The notes under the pieces were generated by a model. It saw only the letters and a program-made list of their open reading frames with translations, made no database searches and was not told the DNA's origin. Of a stretch of 64,000 nucleotides of DNA, positions 12,285-25,269 are shown in pieces. The DNA is from Macrostomum lignano (Eukaryota), in NCBI GenBank assembly GCA_002269645.1, contig NIVC01001976.1:62001-126000 (forward strand). Direction: 5' to 3'. Every line of letters starts with the position of its first letter. Within the stretch, counting starts at the first letter, position 1. A program made the position numbers and the translations under genes.

Positions 12285-14543
12285 CCTTCCTGCGCCGCTC
12301 GCCCTCTTTAGAACTCATATATAATTTATTCGAGAATAGGTCATTTCTATCTATTTTTGTTAAACAATAGTAAAAGATGCTCTATATAGTATTTTTCGAT
12401 ACATATCGGCTGGATCAGATCTGGGTAATTAAACTTGTGTAAATGTCTGCCTAAAATTCGAGTCTGTTTCTGTAGGAAAAATCTACCCAATATTTAATTA
12501 ATGAATTATGAAATTGGTCTCCTAGCTTTGATTTTGTTTTTTTTCAAAATTTTCTTTTCTAGTTGATGCACATCTTATACCAAACCTGTCAATACTTTGT
12601 CCATCTTCGTTTCGTTTTGTCACCTGTAATAAATTGGCATGCGGCAAAATGCTTTTTTTAATCGGGCCAATAAATTTAAGCTTTCTAGTTTAATTAGCAA
12701 GCTGACAATGAGGATTTTCTTAGGAAATCTGTTATTTCCAGGAATCGAACTCGCGACCTGTCCAAGTGTAAATAAATCTCCCAGTAACATATAAAGAATT
12801 TTGTTTTTGTCTGTAGTTGAGTCCAATTTTTGTTTGTATTGAAAGATAATTATCGAGAGTTCTTGGAACACGACTCGTTACATCGTGCGTTCTTTTGAAT
12901 AAAAATTTGTATTTTCTCTTCTATTTTTGATGGCTTCGCTACTATCAGTAGCTGAATTTGACAATTTAACTACATTTAGACTAAATCTTGAATAGTTTAT
13001 TCCCTACTTCTTGGCTTATTATTCGTTTGGCGAGCGAAAAACCAATGACTTTATTGTTCATTTTTGCTGGCGCGACCACATACCACTTGTAACGACTGCT
13101 GAATTATAATGAATTGTTCTTATCTGCAGGCTGTTTGCCCATATCTTTGTTCTTTCTTTGTAATGTTCTCCTCCATGACATTTCCCAGGTTTATATTGTA
13201 TTCAGACTGAGATTCGAAGAGCTAGCTATTACTGAATTATGATTTTGAGCTGAAGCCTCAAGTTCGATTTGTTTTGTATTTTTTCGTATTAATTCTACAA
13301 TTGTATATTCTACTTTTGGTTGCCCATTCGATGTTGTTATTCAAAATTCGTCTTGCAGATTGATCAGGGTGAACCTTGCCGCAAAATTAACTCCCCCGTT
13401 TACATGACAGCCACAATCACAATTATAAACTGTCGATTATGATTTCTTTGTTTCATAAAAATTATATCGTTTTATTACTATATTGATAATTATTTACGTT
13501 GGCGCGTTTAGCGTTCATGAAATATAAGCGCATTGGATAGATCGAGCAGGTGCAACCGTGCGCTTGCACTAATAGTACCTACCATACACACAAATATACA
13601 TTTTGTAGCTGCGTAGCTCAATTTTTTGCAACAAAGTCAGAAAATAGCCTGAAATTTCCAGTTCTTGGTTTTTTAAAACAACATAAATTTAGAACAGATA
13701 ACTCAGTAGTAAGCAGTAGTATGAATAGCTATGATTTCTGCTAAAGTTTAAGATACTTGTATTCTTCGTACGTACGTATTACTCACAGTCACGCTGGCTT
13801 TTTCTATCCTCATAAGGTGTGAAGATTTCTAAAATCAAATCAATATTGCAACTATAGAACGTTCTGATTATGAGATAAGCGATATCTGGGAGTTCGACTT
13901 ACTGCGTGGTAAAAGCTGCTTTGCAAAGTTATTTTTCGATACATATCGGGAAATATAATTTTGTGAGTTTCTAGATATATTTTTGTTGAAAAAAGTGAAG
14001 TCATTCTTTTAAATTGTATAAATTTATGCTTGTGTATTGTTCATGCAACCATGATATCATTTAGTCAGGACTAAATATTACTGAAATATTTATGTTAAAA
14101 TTTAAAGGTTCACCAGAGAGGCTTGATAATTAATTTAAACTTTAAATAAATAGTAATAGACTTTATATTTGCTTGTATTTCTAATATCGTTTAGTAGTGT
14201 TTTTATTTGCGTTTTGCATTAATTAGTGTCGGTCTAATGATTTAACTGCTTATTCTCATAAATATAATTATAAGTCATTTATAATATAAATAATAAAATC
14301 ATTTTATGGCTAAGACCTAAGTTTATTTTTTAGTTTTAATGACATGCTACAGTTGACAAGTCACTTTATAGAGATTTGTAAAATCTATAGCCACCCTCTA
14401 GCTAATGTTTGGTCGATTCGTTTGAAGTAATATGTTTTGTCTTCATCTGGAATGTTTCACTTTAAGCTTTATTTAAAAAGTAAGTAATTTGGAACTTTTG
14501 AAATTTTTAATATAGCTCAAGTGGCAAATGGGGACAAAACTGC

Positions 14544-14842
14544 AAAAAGGTTACAGTCCGTCTGTATTAGCTAGGCTACCTGCCGACGCCTATTCACGGG
14601 TGCGATCCCTCTACTGCTCGACGCGGAGACTTTTGCCTGCTGGGTGTACCCCCTGGGCCGGTACGTCTCTCCTTGGCTAACCTGGCCGCCCCGGCCTCCG
14701 CCAGGGTGACCATGTTGACGCCAGGCTTAGAGTGGACACCTGATCAACATAGAGCGTCGACAGACAGGACTCCCAGCTTCAAGCCGTTCCGTTTCCCGGC
14801 CTCCAGGTAGCTGGATTACAGACGCACGCCACTACGCCCGGC
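14544..14842 (-). ncRNA. RN7SL: Signal recognition particle RNA (7SL)
   Basis: The reverse complement starts GCCGGGCGTAGTGGCGTGCGTCTGTAATCCAGCTAC. It contains CAACATGGTCACC, a helix-6 GGAG loop, helix-8 CCGGCCCAGG..AGCAGG and GGGATCGCACCCGTGAATAG, and ends in a T5 Pol III terminator after ~299 nt. It is colinear with human 7SL as remembered. Confidence 0.94.
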
Positions 14843-15984
14843 CATTCGTTGGGGCGTCAGAAGTGATATTTAATGCAGTATAGTAGTATAAATAGCGCTT
14901 TTCGATATATTTTATTTCGTACATGTGTCATATTTTAAACAATGCGCACTTATATTTGCAAAAATATATATTTGCCACAAAACAGTATACGAGTCGATAT
15001 ATTCTGATTGGAAGACATAATTTTATCCACTGCTTCAAAACGATTTTATGATTCAAAAGTATTATCCCTGGGTTGGTTACTGATTGATTAACTATTAATT
15101 ACAAATAACAAGGATCAATAGTAAATAAAAAATATATATTAGCGTTGGATGTTGGAGTTCACTCCTTAGACTGCAGGTTTGTTGCACTTTGGATATAATT
15201 TAGCATTAATTGATCAAAAACGAAGTGTGAAGTGGCTGTTTTTACTTTATTTTATTTTATTTAAACACGACTGAATATAAAAATACATTGTGGCAGCTGC
15301 TAAAAATATAAAAATACTGCACTGATTTTTAGTAATTTAAACTTTTTTAAATGTAAGTGCTTAATTTCAAGAGAAGTTCGACAAATACATAAAGGTTAAA
15401 ATCGAAAATTTATTTTTTCCCGATATGTATCGAAGTATACAAAAGTAGTTGTAAAAATACCTAGAATTTGTGAAAAACTTTCTGGTCAATAGAAGACATT
15501 GTTGACTTATTGAGTGACTGATTTATGGCTACATGTCAGTTGACTCTAAGGTGCAACGGGGCTCTACCATGCACTTAGCAGGGGTGTTGCAGGGGACAGG
15601 GGGCATCTCAATACTTTGTCCCCCACCCAACCTAAACTAATTATGAACCGTTATGGAAATCAACAATTTTGGCTTCGGGGCACCAGAATCTATGGCGCCT
15701 TCTGCGCTAAAATGAGTGCCAGTGGCGCCAAAAATGACGGCTAAAAAACCGAAACTCACATAATGTAGGACTTCAGTCTAGTAGCATGAGGACATTAAGA
15801 CATGCATGTAACCAAGCAGAAACAAATAAAAATGCGAACACACTTGTTTGAGTCTGCTACAGTATGTTAATACCCGAGCGTTATATAATTAACGCTCCCA
15901 ATAAATACATGTACATCTTACGAGCGTAAGCCATAATTATTAACGTACGTAGCGTACATATGAAGGTTGCAAGACAGAGAGACA

Positions 15985-15998
15985 AGACATGCAGACAC

Positions 15999-16037
<39 letters not shown>

Positions 16038-16068
16038 AACACACGGACAGACACTAAGACAGACACTA

Positions 16069-16101
<33 letters not shown>

Positions 16102-16104
16102 CTA

Positions 16105-16169
<65 letters not shown>

Positions 16170-16172
16170 CTA

Positions 16173-16237
<65 letters not shown>

Positions 16238-16334
16238 CTAAGACAGACAGACAGACAAGACAGACAGACAGACAAGACAGACAGACAGACAAACACACGG
16301 ACAGACACTAAGACAGACACTAAGACAGACACTA

Positions 16335-16375
<41 letters not shown>

Positions 16376-16412
16376 CTAAGACAGACAGACAGACAAGACA
16401 GACAGACAGACA

Positions 16413-16457
<45 letters not shown>

Positions 16458-16477
16458 CTAAGACAGACAGACAGACA

Positions 16478-16514
<37 letters not shown>

Positions 16515-16515
16515 G
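15985..16515. repeat. (ACAG)n microsatellite with cactaag interruptions
   Basis: Direct reading. Confidence 0.97.
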
Positions 16516-16989
16516 TCAACTAAATTAGAAACAGAGGGGCATTTTCCAACGGTTTCTCACTGCCACTCCATTCAATCAATCCAGCGCAAAAAACAGCCAC
16601 TCATCAAGCCCGCTATTATCAACTGCAAATTAATGGAAAAATGAAACTGCCCATAAAAATGAAGTGATAATTGTTTATGACGTGCGCATGCAGCTACGCA
16701 CTGACAGGTGTAGCGTGTCCAGCGCGCTAGGTGCATTGGCAAGATTAAGGGATTAAAGCAACGGTTAGCTCTGTTCTGATTGGCTGCCACTCAAGCAGCC
16801 TGTTAGATGGTTATATGCAATGGGATTAAAGGAAAGGGATTAATGGGAACCATAGCTACAGCTACATGATTAAGGATTTGCAGCCGAAATCTACTGGTAG
16901 AAATTCTAAACTGAACATTTCTTCTGTAGAACAATTTTCACCAAGAAAGTAAAATAAAAAATTATAGAACATTTTGACACAACATCACT

Positions 16990-19900
16990 ATGACTGTTGA
17001 GCGTCTGCAATGCGTCGCGAAAGCTGATGGTCAGAAGCTGCTGTTTCTGCTGCTTTTGCTGACTGTTGCTGCCAGACTGCCGGGGCGGACCGCCGCCTAT
17101 GCTGGAATTGCCGGTTCAGGAAAATTGTCGGTGAGTGAGGACTGGGTGAGGCTGAGTGAGGGCTGGGTGAGGCTGAGTGAGGACTGGGTGAGGCTGAGTG
17201 AGGACTGGGTGAGGCTGAGTGAGGGCTGGGTGAGGCTGAGTGAGGACTGGGTGAGGCTGAGTGAGGACTGGGTGAGGCTGAGTGAGGCTGAGTGAGGCTG
17301 AGTGAGGACTGGGTGAGGCTGAATGAGGCTGAGTGAGGCTGAGTGAGGCTGAGTGAGGCTGAGTGAGGCTGAGTGAGGCTGAGTGAGGCTGAGTGAGGCT
17401 GAGTGAGGCTGAGTGAGGCTGAGTGAGGCTGAGTGAGGCTGAGTGAGGACTGGGTGAGGCTGAGTGAGGGCTGGGTGAGGCTGAGTGAGGACTGGGTGAG
17501 GCTGAGTGAGGACTGGGTGAGGCTGAGTGAGGGCTGGGTGAGGCTGAGTGAGGACTGGGTGAGGCTGAGTGAGGACTGGGTGAGGCTGAGTGAGGCTGAG
17601 TGAGGCTGAGTGAGGACTGGGTGAGGCTGAATGAGGCTGAGTGAGGCTGAGTGAGGCTGAGTGAGGCTGAGTGAGGCTGAGTGAGGCTGAGTGAGGCTGA
17701 GTGAGGCTGAGTGAGGCTGAGTGAGGCTGAGTGAGGACTGGGTGAGGCTGAGTGAGGGCTGGGTGAGGCTGAGTGAGACTGGGTGAGGCTGAGTGAGGAC
17801 TGGGTGAGGCTGAGTGAGACTGGGTGAGGCTGAGTGAGGCTGAGTGAGGCTGAGTGAGGACTGGGTGAGGCTGAGTGAGGGCTGGGTGAGGCTGAGTGAG
17901 GACTGGGTGAGGCTGAGTGAGGACTGGGTGAGGCTGAGTGAGACTGGGTGAGGCTGAGTGAGGCTGAGTGAGGCTGAGTGAGGCTGAGTGAGGCTGAGTG
18001 AGGCTGAGTGAGGCTGAGTGAGGCTGAGTGAGGCTGAGTGAGGCTGAGTGAGGACTGGGACTTTAATATCAGTGCAATTGCAGAAGTCATTTCAGACATA
18101 TTCTTCCAATTCTTAGTCAGCATGAAAGCAATGGCAAGCAAAATTTGATAATTGCTTCTGACACGAACAAGAGCAGCAGACTGCAGCCCAGTTGCTGCTC
18201 ACAGCTTATAGCTACTAATATAATTATAGGGCCTATTTCGTGGACTCTCAGCAATTGTCAAGGGCTTGTAAGCTGAAGTGTGAAGCAGGAGCTGCAATTA
18301 AGCTTCCTACGTTTAAGTGAAACTTGACCTGAAGAAGGCGCTCTCGCTAGTTAATCATTTTAACAGCCCCTATTAGTTTGTCACCCTCACGCTTTCAATT
18401 CCGTTAGCCATTCTTGCTTGTAATTTTCTTGTGTGAGAGTTTTTTTTCCAAATTTTTTTGCATCCATGAGATACCATGAGCTTCGTTGCCTTGAAAAATG
18501 CTGAATTCGTGTCTGTTGGTGCTGAATTCGTGTCTGTTGGTGCTGAATTCGTGTCTGTTGGTGCTGAATTCTTGTCTGTTGGTGCTGAATTCTTGTCTGT
18601 TGGTGTTGAATTCTTGTCTGTTGGTGCTGAATTCGTGTCTGTTGGTGCTGAATTCTTGTCTGTTGGTGTTGAATTCTTGTCTGTTGGTGCTGAATTCTTG
18701 TCTGTTGGTGCTGAATTCTTGTCTGTTGGTGTTGAATTCTTGTCTGTTGGTGCTGAATTCGTGTCTGTTGGTGTTGAATTCTTGTCTGTTGGTGCTGAAT
18801 TCGTGTCTGTTGGTGCTGAATTCGTGTCTGTTGGTGTTGAATTCGTGTCTGTTGGTGCTGAATTCGTGTCTGTTGGTGCTGAATTCTTGTCTGTTGGTGT
18901 TGAATTCTTGTCTGTTGGTGCTGAATTCGTGTCTGTTGGTGTTGAATTCTTGTCTGTTGGTGCTGAATTCTTGTCTGTTGGTGTTGAATTCTTGTTTTTT
19001 GGTGTTGAATTCTTGTCTGTTGGTGTTGAATTCTTGTCTGTTGGTGCTGAATTCTTGTCTGTTGGTGTTGAATTCTTGTCTGTTGGTGCTGAATTCTTGT
19101 CTGTTGGTGTTGAATTCTTGTTTTTTGGTGTTGAATTCTTGTCTGTTGGTGCTGAATTCTTGTCTGTTGGTGCTGAATTCTTGTCTGTTGGTGTTGAATT
19201 CTTGTCTGTTGGTGTTGAATTCTTGTCTGTTGGTGCTGAATTCGTGTCTGTTGGTGCTGAATTCTTGTCTGTTGGTGTTGAATTCTTGTCTGTTGGTGCT
19301 GAATTCTTGTCTGTTGGTGCTGAATTCTTGTCTGTTGGTGTTGAATTCTTGTCTGTTGGTGCTGAATTCGTGTCTGTTGGTGTTGAATTCGTGTCTGTTG
19401 GTGCTGAATTCGTGTCTGTTGGTGTTGAATTCGTGTCTGTTGGTGCTGAATTCGTGTCTGTTGGTGCTGAATTCTTGTCTGTTGGTGTTGAATTCTTGTC
19501 TGTTGGTGCTGAATTCTTGTCTGTTGGTGCTGAATTCGTGTCTGTTGGTGCTGAATTCTTGTCTGTTGGTGTTGAATTCTTGTCTGTTGGTGCTGAATTC
19601 TTGTCTGTTGGTGTTGAATTCTTGTCTGTTGGTGCTGAATTCTTGTCTGTTGGTGCTGAATTCGTGTCTGTTGGTGTTGAATTCTTGTCTGTTGGTGCTG
19701 AATTCGTGTCTGTTGGTGTTGAATTCTTGTCTGTTGGTGCTGAATTCTTGTCTGTTGGTGCTGAATTCGTGTCTGTTGGTGTTGAATTCTTGTCTGTTGG
19801 TGCTGAATTCGTGTCTGTTGGTGTTGAATTCTTGTCTGTTGGTGCTGAATTCTTGTCTGTTGGCGCTGAATTCTTGTCTGTTGGTGCTGAATTCTTGTCT

Positions 19901-22463
19901 GTTGGTGTTGAATTCTTGTCTGTTGGTGCTGAATTCTTGTCTGTTGGTGCTGAATTCTTGTCTGTTGGTGTTGAATTCTTGTCTGTTGGCGCTGAATTCT
20001 TGTCTGTTGGTGCTGAATTCTTGTCTGTTGGTGCTGAATTCTTGTCTGTTGGTGTTGAATTCTTGTCTGTTGGTGTTGAATTCTTGTCTGTTGGTGCTGA
20101 ATTCTTGTCTGTTGGTGTTGAATTCTTGTCTGTTGGTGTTGAATTCTTGTCTGTTGGTGCTGAATTCGTGTCTGTTGGTGCTGAATTCTTGTCTGTTGGT
20201 GCTGAATTCGTGTCTGTTGGTGCTGAATTCTTGTCTGTTGGTGCTGAATTCGTGTCTGTTGGTGCTGAATTCGTGTCTAAGCTGCTTGCTGGATGTCGGA
20301 CGCTGCATGGACGCTCGCGACCCATCCACCCCAGATGGAAAAATTCTGTCTACGGCCACCGACATGCAAGACTTCCAACAACAAATCCAACACCTGCACC
20401 ACCACTCTCAATTTGACTCAACCCCCCACCCCGCAGTGTGAAGGCGAGGGAGCGGTCTGCTTCACCCAGGCCGCCTGCTGTGAGAACTACAGCTGTTTGC
20501 GAGCTAGCCAGGGTGAGTCTGACAAATATTTATACACTGACGTAACCCGCACAGGCAACGAACCTGTTCGGTTCTCAGGATCCCGTGCGGTCTCGGGATC
20601 TGATGCTTGCGCACTGGATCGATAAATACAATTATAACTGGCGAGATGTTGTTTCAAATTTTCCTTTTGAGGCTAAAATAAAGTGGCGCCAAATCTCATA
20701 GAAATGGCGTCAAATATCAGGTAAAATGGCGCCAAATCTTACGTAAAGTGGCGCCAAATCTCAGGTAAAGTGGAGCCAAATCTCAGATAAACTGGCGCCA
20801 AATTTCGAATAAAGTGACGCTAAATCTCAGGTAAAGTGGCGCCAAATCTCAAGTAAAGTGGCGCCAAATCTCAAGTAAAGTGGCGCCAAATCTCGAATAA
20901 AGTGACGCTAAATCTCAGTTAAAGTGGCGCCAAATTTCGAATAAAGTGGCGCCAAATCTCAAGTAAAGTGGCGCCAAATCTCGAATAAAGTGGCGCTAAA
21001 TCTCAGTTAAAGTGGCGCCAAATCTCAGGTGAAATGGCGCCAAATCTCAGGTAAAGTGGAGCTAAATCTCAGATTAAAGTGGCCAAATGTTTTAGTTACA
21101 GATTCTCGATCACAGCCCCATAACCAGCACTCCTAGAGATCCAGTTAGAACTTGTTCTTCAATTATCAATTTTCGACCTGTCAGTCCAAGTAACAATGGG
21201 CGTGGCTGTTATGGTAAGCCAAATATTTGCTGAAGGAACAGTTTGCAATGCGAATTTCCATATCTCAATATGTCATTCTCTGGGCAAGGTAAAGCGAGTC
21301 ATTGTGTCTTCAGTACGTGTAGAAAATTATTTGCACAAAATCAAGTACACCGGAGGTTGGACCTGAGTCTGATTTTCTTCTGTTAGCTATTAGGCTACAT
21401 ATATTGCTTCAGGTGAGACAAAAAGGTCTCAAACGCAATTGGAATGTTGGTTGTTGTCTTTCATCCCAGTAAAGATATGTGGGCTAAGTTAGGGATGCAC
21501 TATTGGGAGAGAGAATAGAGTAGACACAGAGAGTAGACAGAGAGTAGACACAGAGAGTAGACAGAGAGTAGACACAGAGAGTAGACACAGAGAGTAGACA
21601 CTAAGAGTAGACACTGAGAATAGACACTGAGAGTAGACACTAAGAGTAGACACTGAGAATAGACACTGAGAGTAGACACAGAGAGTAGACACAGAGATTA
21701 GACACAGAGAGTAGACACAGGGAGTAGACACAGGGAGTAGACACAGAGAGTAGACACAGGGAGTAGACACAGAGAATAGGCACAGGGAGTAGACACAGAG
21801 AGTAGACACAGAGAGTAGACACAGGGAGTAGACACAGGGAGTAGACACAGAGAATAGGCACAGAGAATAGGCACAGAGAGTAGACACAGAGAGTAGACAC
21901 AGAGAGTAGACACAGGGAGTAGACACAGAGAATAGGCACAGGGAGTAGACACAGAGAGTAGACACAGAGAGTAGACACAGGGAGTAGACACAGGGAGTAG
22001 ACACTGAGAGTAGACACTGAGAGTAGACACAGAGAGTAGACACAGAGAGTAGACACAGGGAGTAGACACAGAGAGTAGACACAGAGAGTAGACACTGAGA
22101 ATAGACACTGAGAGTAGACACTGAGAGTGGACACTAAGAGTAGACACTGAGGACACTGAGAGTATCTGCATCCCATCTCCCTCAGCCTCCTACGGCCGCT
22201 GCGCCCCCAACCAGGCAGACATGCGGCTGGCCGAGGACGCGGCCCTGACTGACTCGGCAGACGACAGCAGCGGCGCTTTCAGCTGTTCGAGCGACTCTGA
22301 CTGCCCATCCGGTCAGTGCTGCAAAGCTTCGACATCGTCGCCTGTGCCAATCGGCGGGCGGATGTCGTGCGGAAACTGCGAACGTCAGAGCCGACTTTTG
22401 GAGAGCCTGTTTGAGCAATACTACAGCGCGTTCAAGCGGAGCGGCAAAGGTGAAGACAATTAA
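16990..22463 (+). CDS. Secreted cysteine-rich precursor with two C-C-CC-C-C (knottin-like) modules, ~164 aa
   Basis: Exons 16990-17130 (signal core LLFLLLLLTVAA, donor GTGAGT), 20437-20512 (CEGEGAVCFTQAACCENYSC, donor GTGAGT) and 22186-22463 (ASYGRC..CSSDSDCPSGQCC..CGNC..FKRSGKGEDN*). Phases 0 and 1 match and total length is 495 nt. AATAAA lies ~75 nt after the stop. Confidence 0.78.
17131..18055. repeat. 10/11-bp GTGAG-containing repeat (gagtgaggct / gggtgaggact)
   Basis: Starts exactly at the exon-1 donor of the knottin gene. Confidence 0.96.
18498..20277. repeat. 21-bp minisatellite (gaattcttgtctgttggtgct), ~85 copies
   Basis: Direct reading; one EcoRI site per unit; source of four ~650-aa repeat ORFs. 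Confidence 0.98.
20680..21085. repeat. ~22-bp repeat (aaagtggcgccaaatctcaggt)
   Basis: About 17 degenerate copies. Confidence 0.9.
21505..22160. repeat. 13-bp repeat (gagagtagacaca)
   Basis: Direct reading; ends ~25 nt before the 22186 acceptor. Confidence 0.95.
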
Positions 22464-22699
22464 AAGACATTTTGGAGTTCACTAATCCCGCTGCTATGCA
22501 AAACTAAATTGCAATAACTTGCAGTTATTTTGAGAATTCAATAAAACAGTATACTTACTAAAGAAATAAACTCGACATCTTTGGAGAAATTTACAACTGG
22601 CAATAAAAACATCGTTTTTTAAAAATGTCTTGTTTACGGAATTCTAGAAAATTTTATTGGCAATAGAAATTTGAATAGTTATCGGGCAGGTTTTCGGGT

Positions 22700-23240
22700 T
22701 AGTTTGAAGGCTGACTCTATGAGGGTTTTGAAAGCTGATTCTGGGAGGGTTTTGAAGGCCGATTCTATAAGGGATTGAAGGCCGATTCTATTTGAGGGTT
22801 TTGAAGACAGATTCTATAAGGGATTGAAGGCCGATTCTATTTAAGGGTATTGAAGGCCGATTCTATAAGGGTTTTGAAGACAGATTCTATTTAAGGGTAT
22901 TGAAGGCCGATTCTATTTAAGGGTATTGAAGGCCGATTCTATTTAAGGGTATTGAAGGCCGATTCTATTTAAGGGTATTGAAGGCCGATTCTATTTAAGG
23001 GTATTGAAGGCCGATTCTATAAGGGTTTTGAAGACAGATTCTATGAGACATTTAAAGGCTGATTTTGGGAGGGTTTTGAAGGCCGATTTTGGGAGGGTTT
23101 TGAAGGCCGATTCTGTGAGGGTATTGAAGGGCAATTCTGTGAAGCTTTGAAAGGCCGATTTTATGAGGATATTGAAGGCAGATTCCATCATGCAAGGTTT
23201 TGAAGGCCAATTCTGTCAGGGTATTGAAGGCCGATTCTAT
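22700..23240. repeat. ~25-26-bp repeat (agggtattgaaggccgattctat)
   Basis: Direct reading. Confidence 0.9.
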
Positions 23241-23624
23241 GAGGGTCTTGAAAGTCAAAACTTTAGGTATTGGACAGCTCATAGTTGTTTGCTAAGTATT
23301 ATTCAATATAGACCGGTACTTTTTTTAGTTTGCTTATGTGTTGGTTCGTGGCTGTGTTTTTTTTGTGACACACGACATTCAAACACTCTGTCACATTAAT
23401 AATAAATTAATTGGGCACTGCTGAATAATGCAGGGAACTGGGGCCTAAAGGACTTGAGATTTTTTCCGCTTTTCTAGGACTTTATTAATACAAGTGCGGT
23501 GCCTTCTGAACGTGGGATGATCGGGTTGCAGGACCAGTTTGGTTTTGGTTTTTGGGCTGGTTTTGGTTTAGATTACTTTAGGTTTAGGTTCACAGCGAAC
23601 CACACGGAATTGCCTTAAACCAAG

Positions 23625-24930
23625 GAGAAAATCGCTATAAACTACAGGAAGAATCCCCATAAAACTACAGGAAGAATCCCCATAAAACTACAGGAAATCC
23701 TCATAAACTACAGGAAATCCTCATAAACTACAAAGAGAATCGCCACAAACTACAAGGAGAATCGCCACAAACTACAAGGAGAATCGCCACAAACTACAAG
23801 GAGAATCGCCACAAACTACAAGGAGAATCGCCACAAACTACAAGGAGAATCGCCACAAACTACAAGGAGAATCGCCATAAACTACAGAGAATCGCCATAA
23901 ACTACAGAGAATCGCCAAAAACTACAGAGAATCGCCATAAACTACAGAGAATCACCATAAACTACAGAGAGAATCACCATCAACTACAGAGAGAATCACA
24001 ATAAACTACAGAGAGAATCGCCATAAACTACAGGGAGAATCGCCATAAACTACAGGGAGAATCGCCATAAACTACAGGGAGAATCGCCATAAACTACAGG
24101 GAGAATCGCCATAAACTACAGGGAGAATCACCATAAACTACAGGGAGAATCACCATAAACTACAGAGAGAATCACCATAAACTACAGAGAGAATCACCAT
24201 AAACTACAGAGAGAATCACCATAAACTACAGGGAGAATCGCCATAAACTACAGAGAGAATCACCATAAACTACAGAGAGAATCGCCATAAACTACAGAGA
24301 AAATCGGCATAATCTACAGAGAAAATCGCCACAAACTACAGGGAGAATCGCCATAAACTACAGGGAGAATCGCCATAAACTACAGGGAGAATCACCATAA
24401 ACTACAGGGAGAATCACCATAAACTACAGAGAGAATCACCATAAACTACAGGGAGAATCGCCATAAACTACAGGGAGAATCGCCATAAACTACAGGGAGA
24501 ACCGCCATAAACTACAGGGAGAATCACCATAAGCTACGGAGAGAATCGCCACAAACTACAGAGAGAATCACCATAAACTACAGAGAGAATCGCCATAAAC
24601 TACAGGGAGAATCGCCATAAACTACAGGGAGAATCACCATAAACTACAGGGAGAATCGCCACAAACTACAGAGAGAATCACCATAAACTACAGAGAGAAT
24701 CACCATAAACTACAGAGAGAATCGCCATAAACTACAGAGAGAATCGCCACAAACTACAGAGAGAATCACCATAAACTACAGAGAGAATAACCATAAACTA
24801 CAGAGAGAACCTCATAAACTACAGAGAGAATCGCCATAAACTACAGAGAGAATCACCATAAACTACAGAGAGAATAACCATAAACTACAGAGAGAACCTC
24901 ATAAACTACAGAGAGAATCACCATAAACTA
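23625..24930. repeat. ~22-bp minisatellite (aaactacagggagaatcgccat)
   Basis: Direct reading, ~60 copies. Confidence 0.96.
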
Positions 24931-25269
24931 CATATCAACTTAAAAGCCAAAAATATCCCCAATTTAAATCCGCCAAGCCTTCAAACTAAAGCAAATGCAT
25001 ACATATTATGAGCGCAAGTCAATAAAAAGAAAGCGAGCTCTCAATTATATTGTTTAGCAAAATTGCCAGCCAGCCTTGAAAAAAGACAACCTTCAAAAAA
25101 GGACATTCTCAAAATGCAACCAAATGTGTATATTATATATAGCCAAATATTGCTAAACTGTTGTAAATGAGATGAGAGGGATGAGAGGAGACGTGAGGAG
25201 CAAAGTGAGAACGGAGACTAAGAGAATCGGGTACAGTGCATTGAAGAATAAAAAGAGCACGAAAGTCAA

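Noticed and set aside
12738-12763. tRNA T-arm-like GAGTTCGATTCC on the minus strand
   Set aside because: No A box or cloverleaf upstream.
12620-12871. 83-aa minus ORF
   Set aside because: No recognisable motif, closed upstream, and AT-rich intergenic context.
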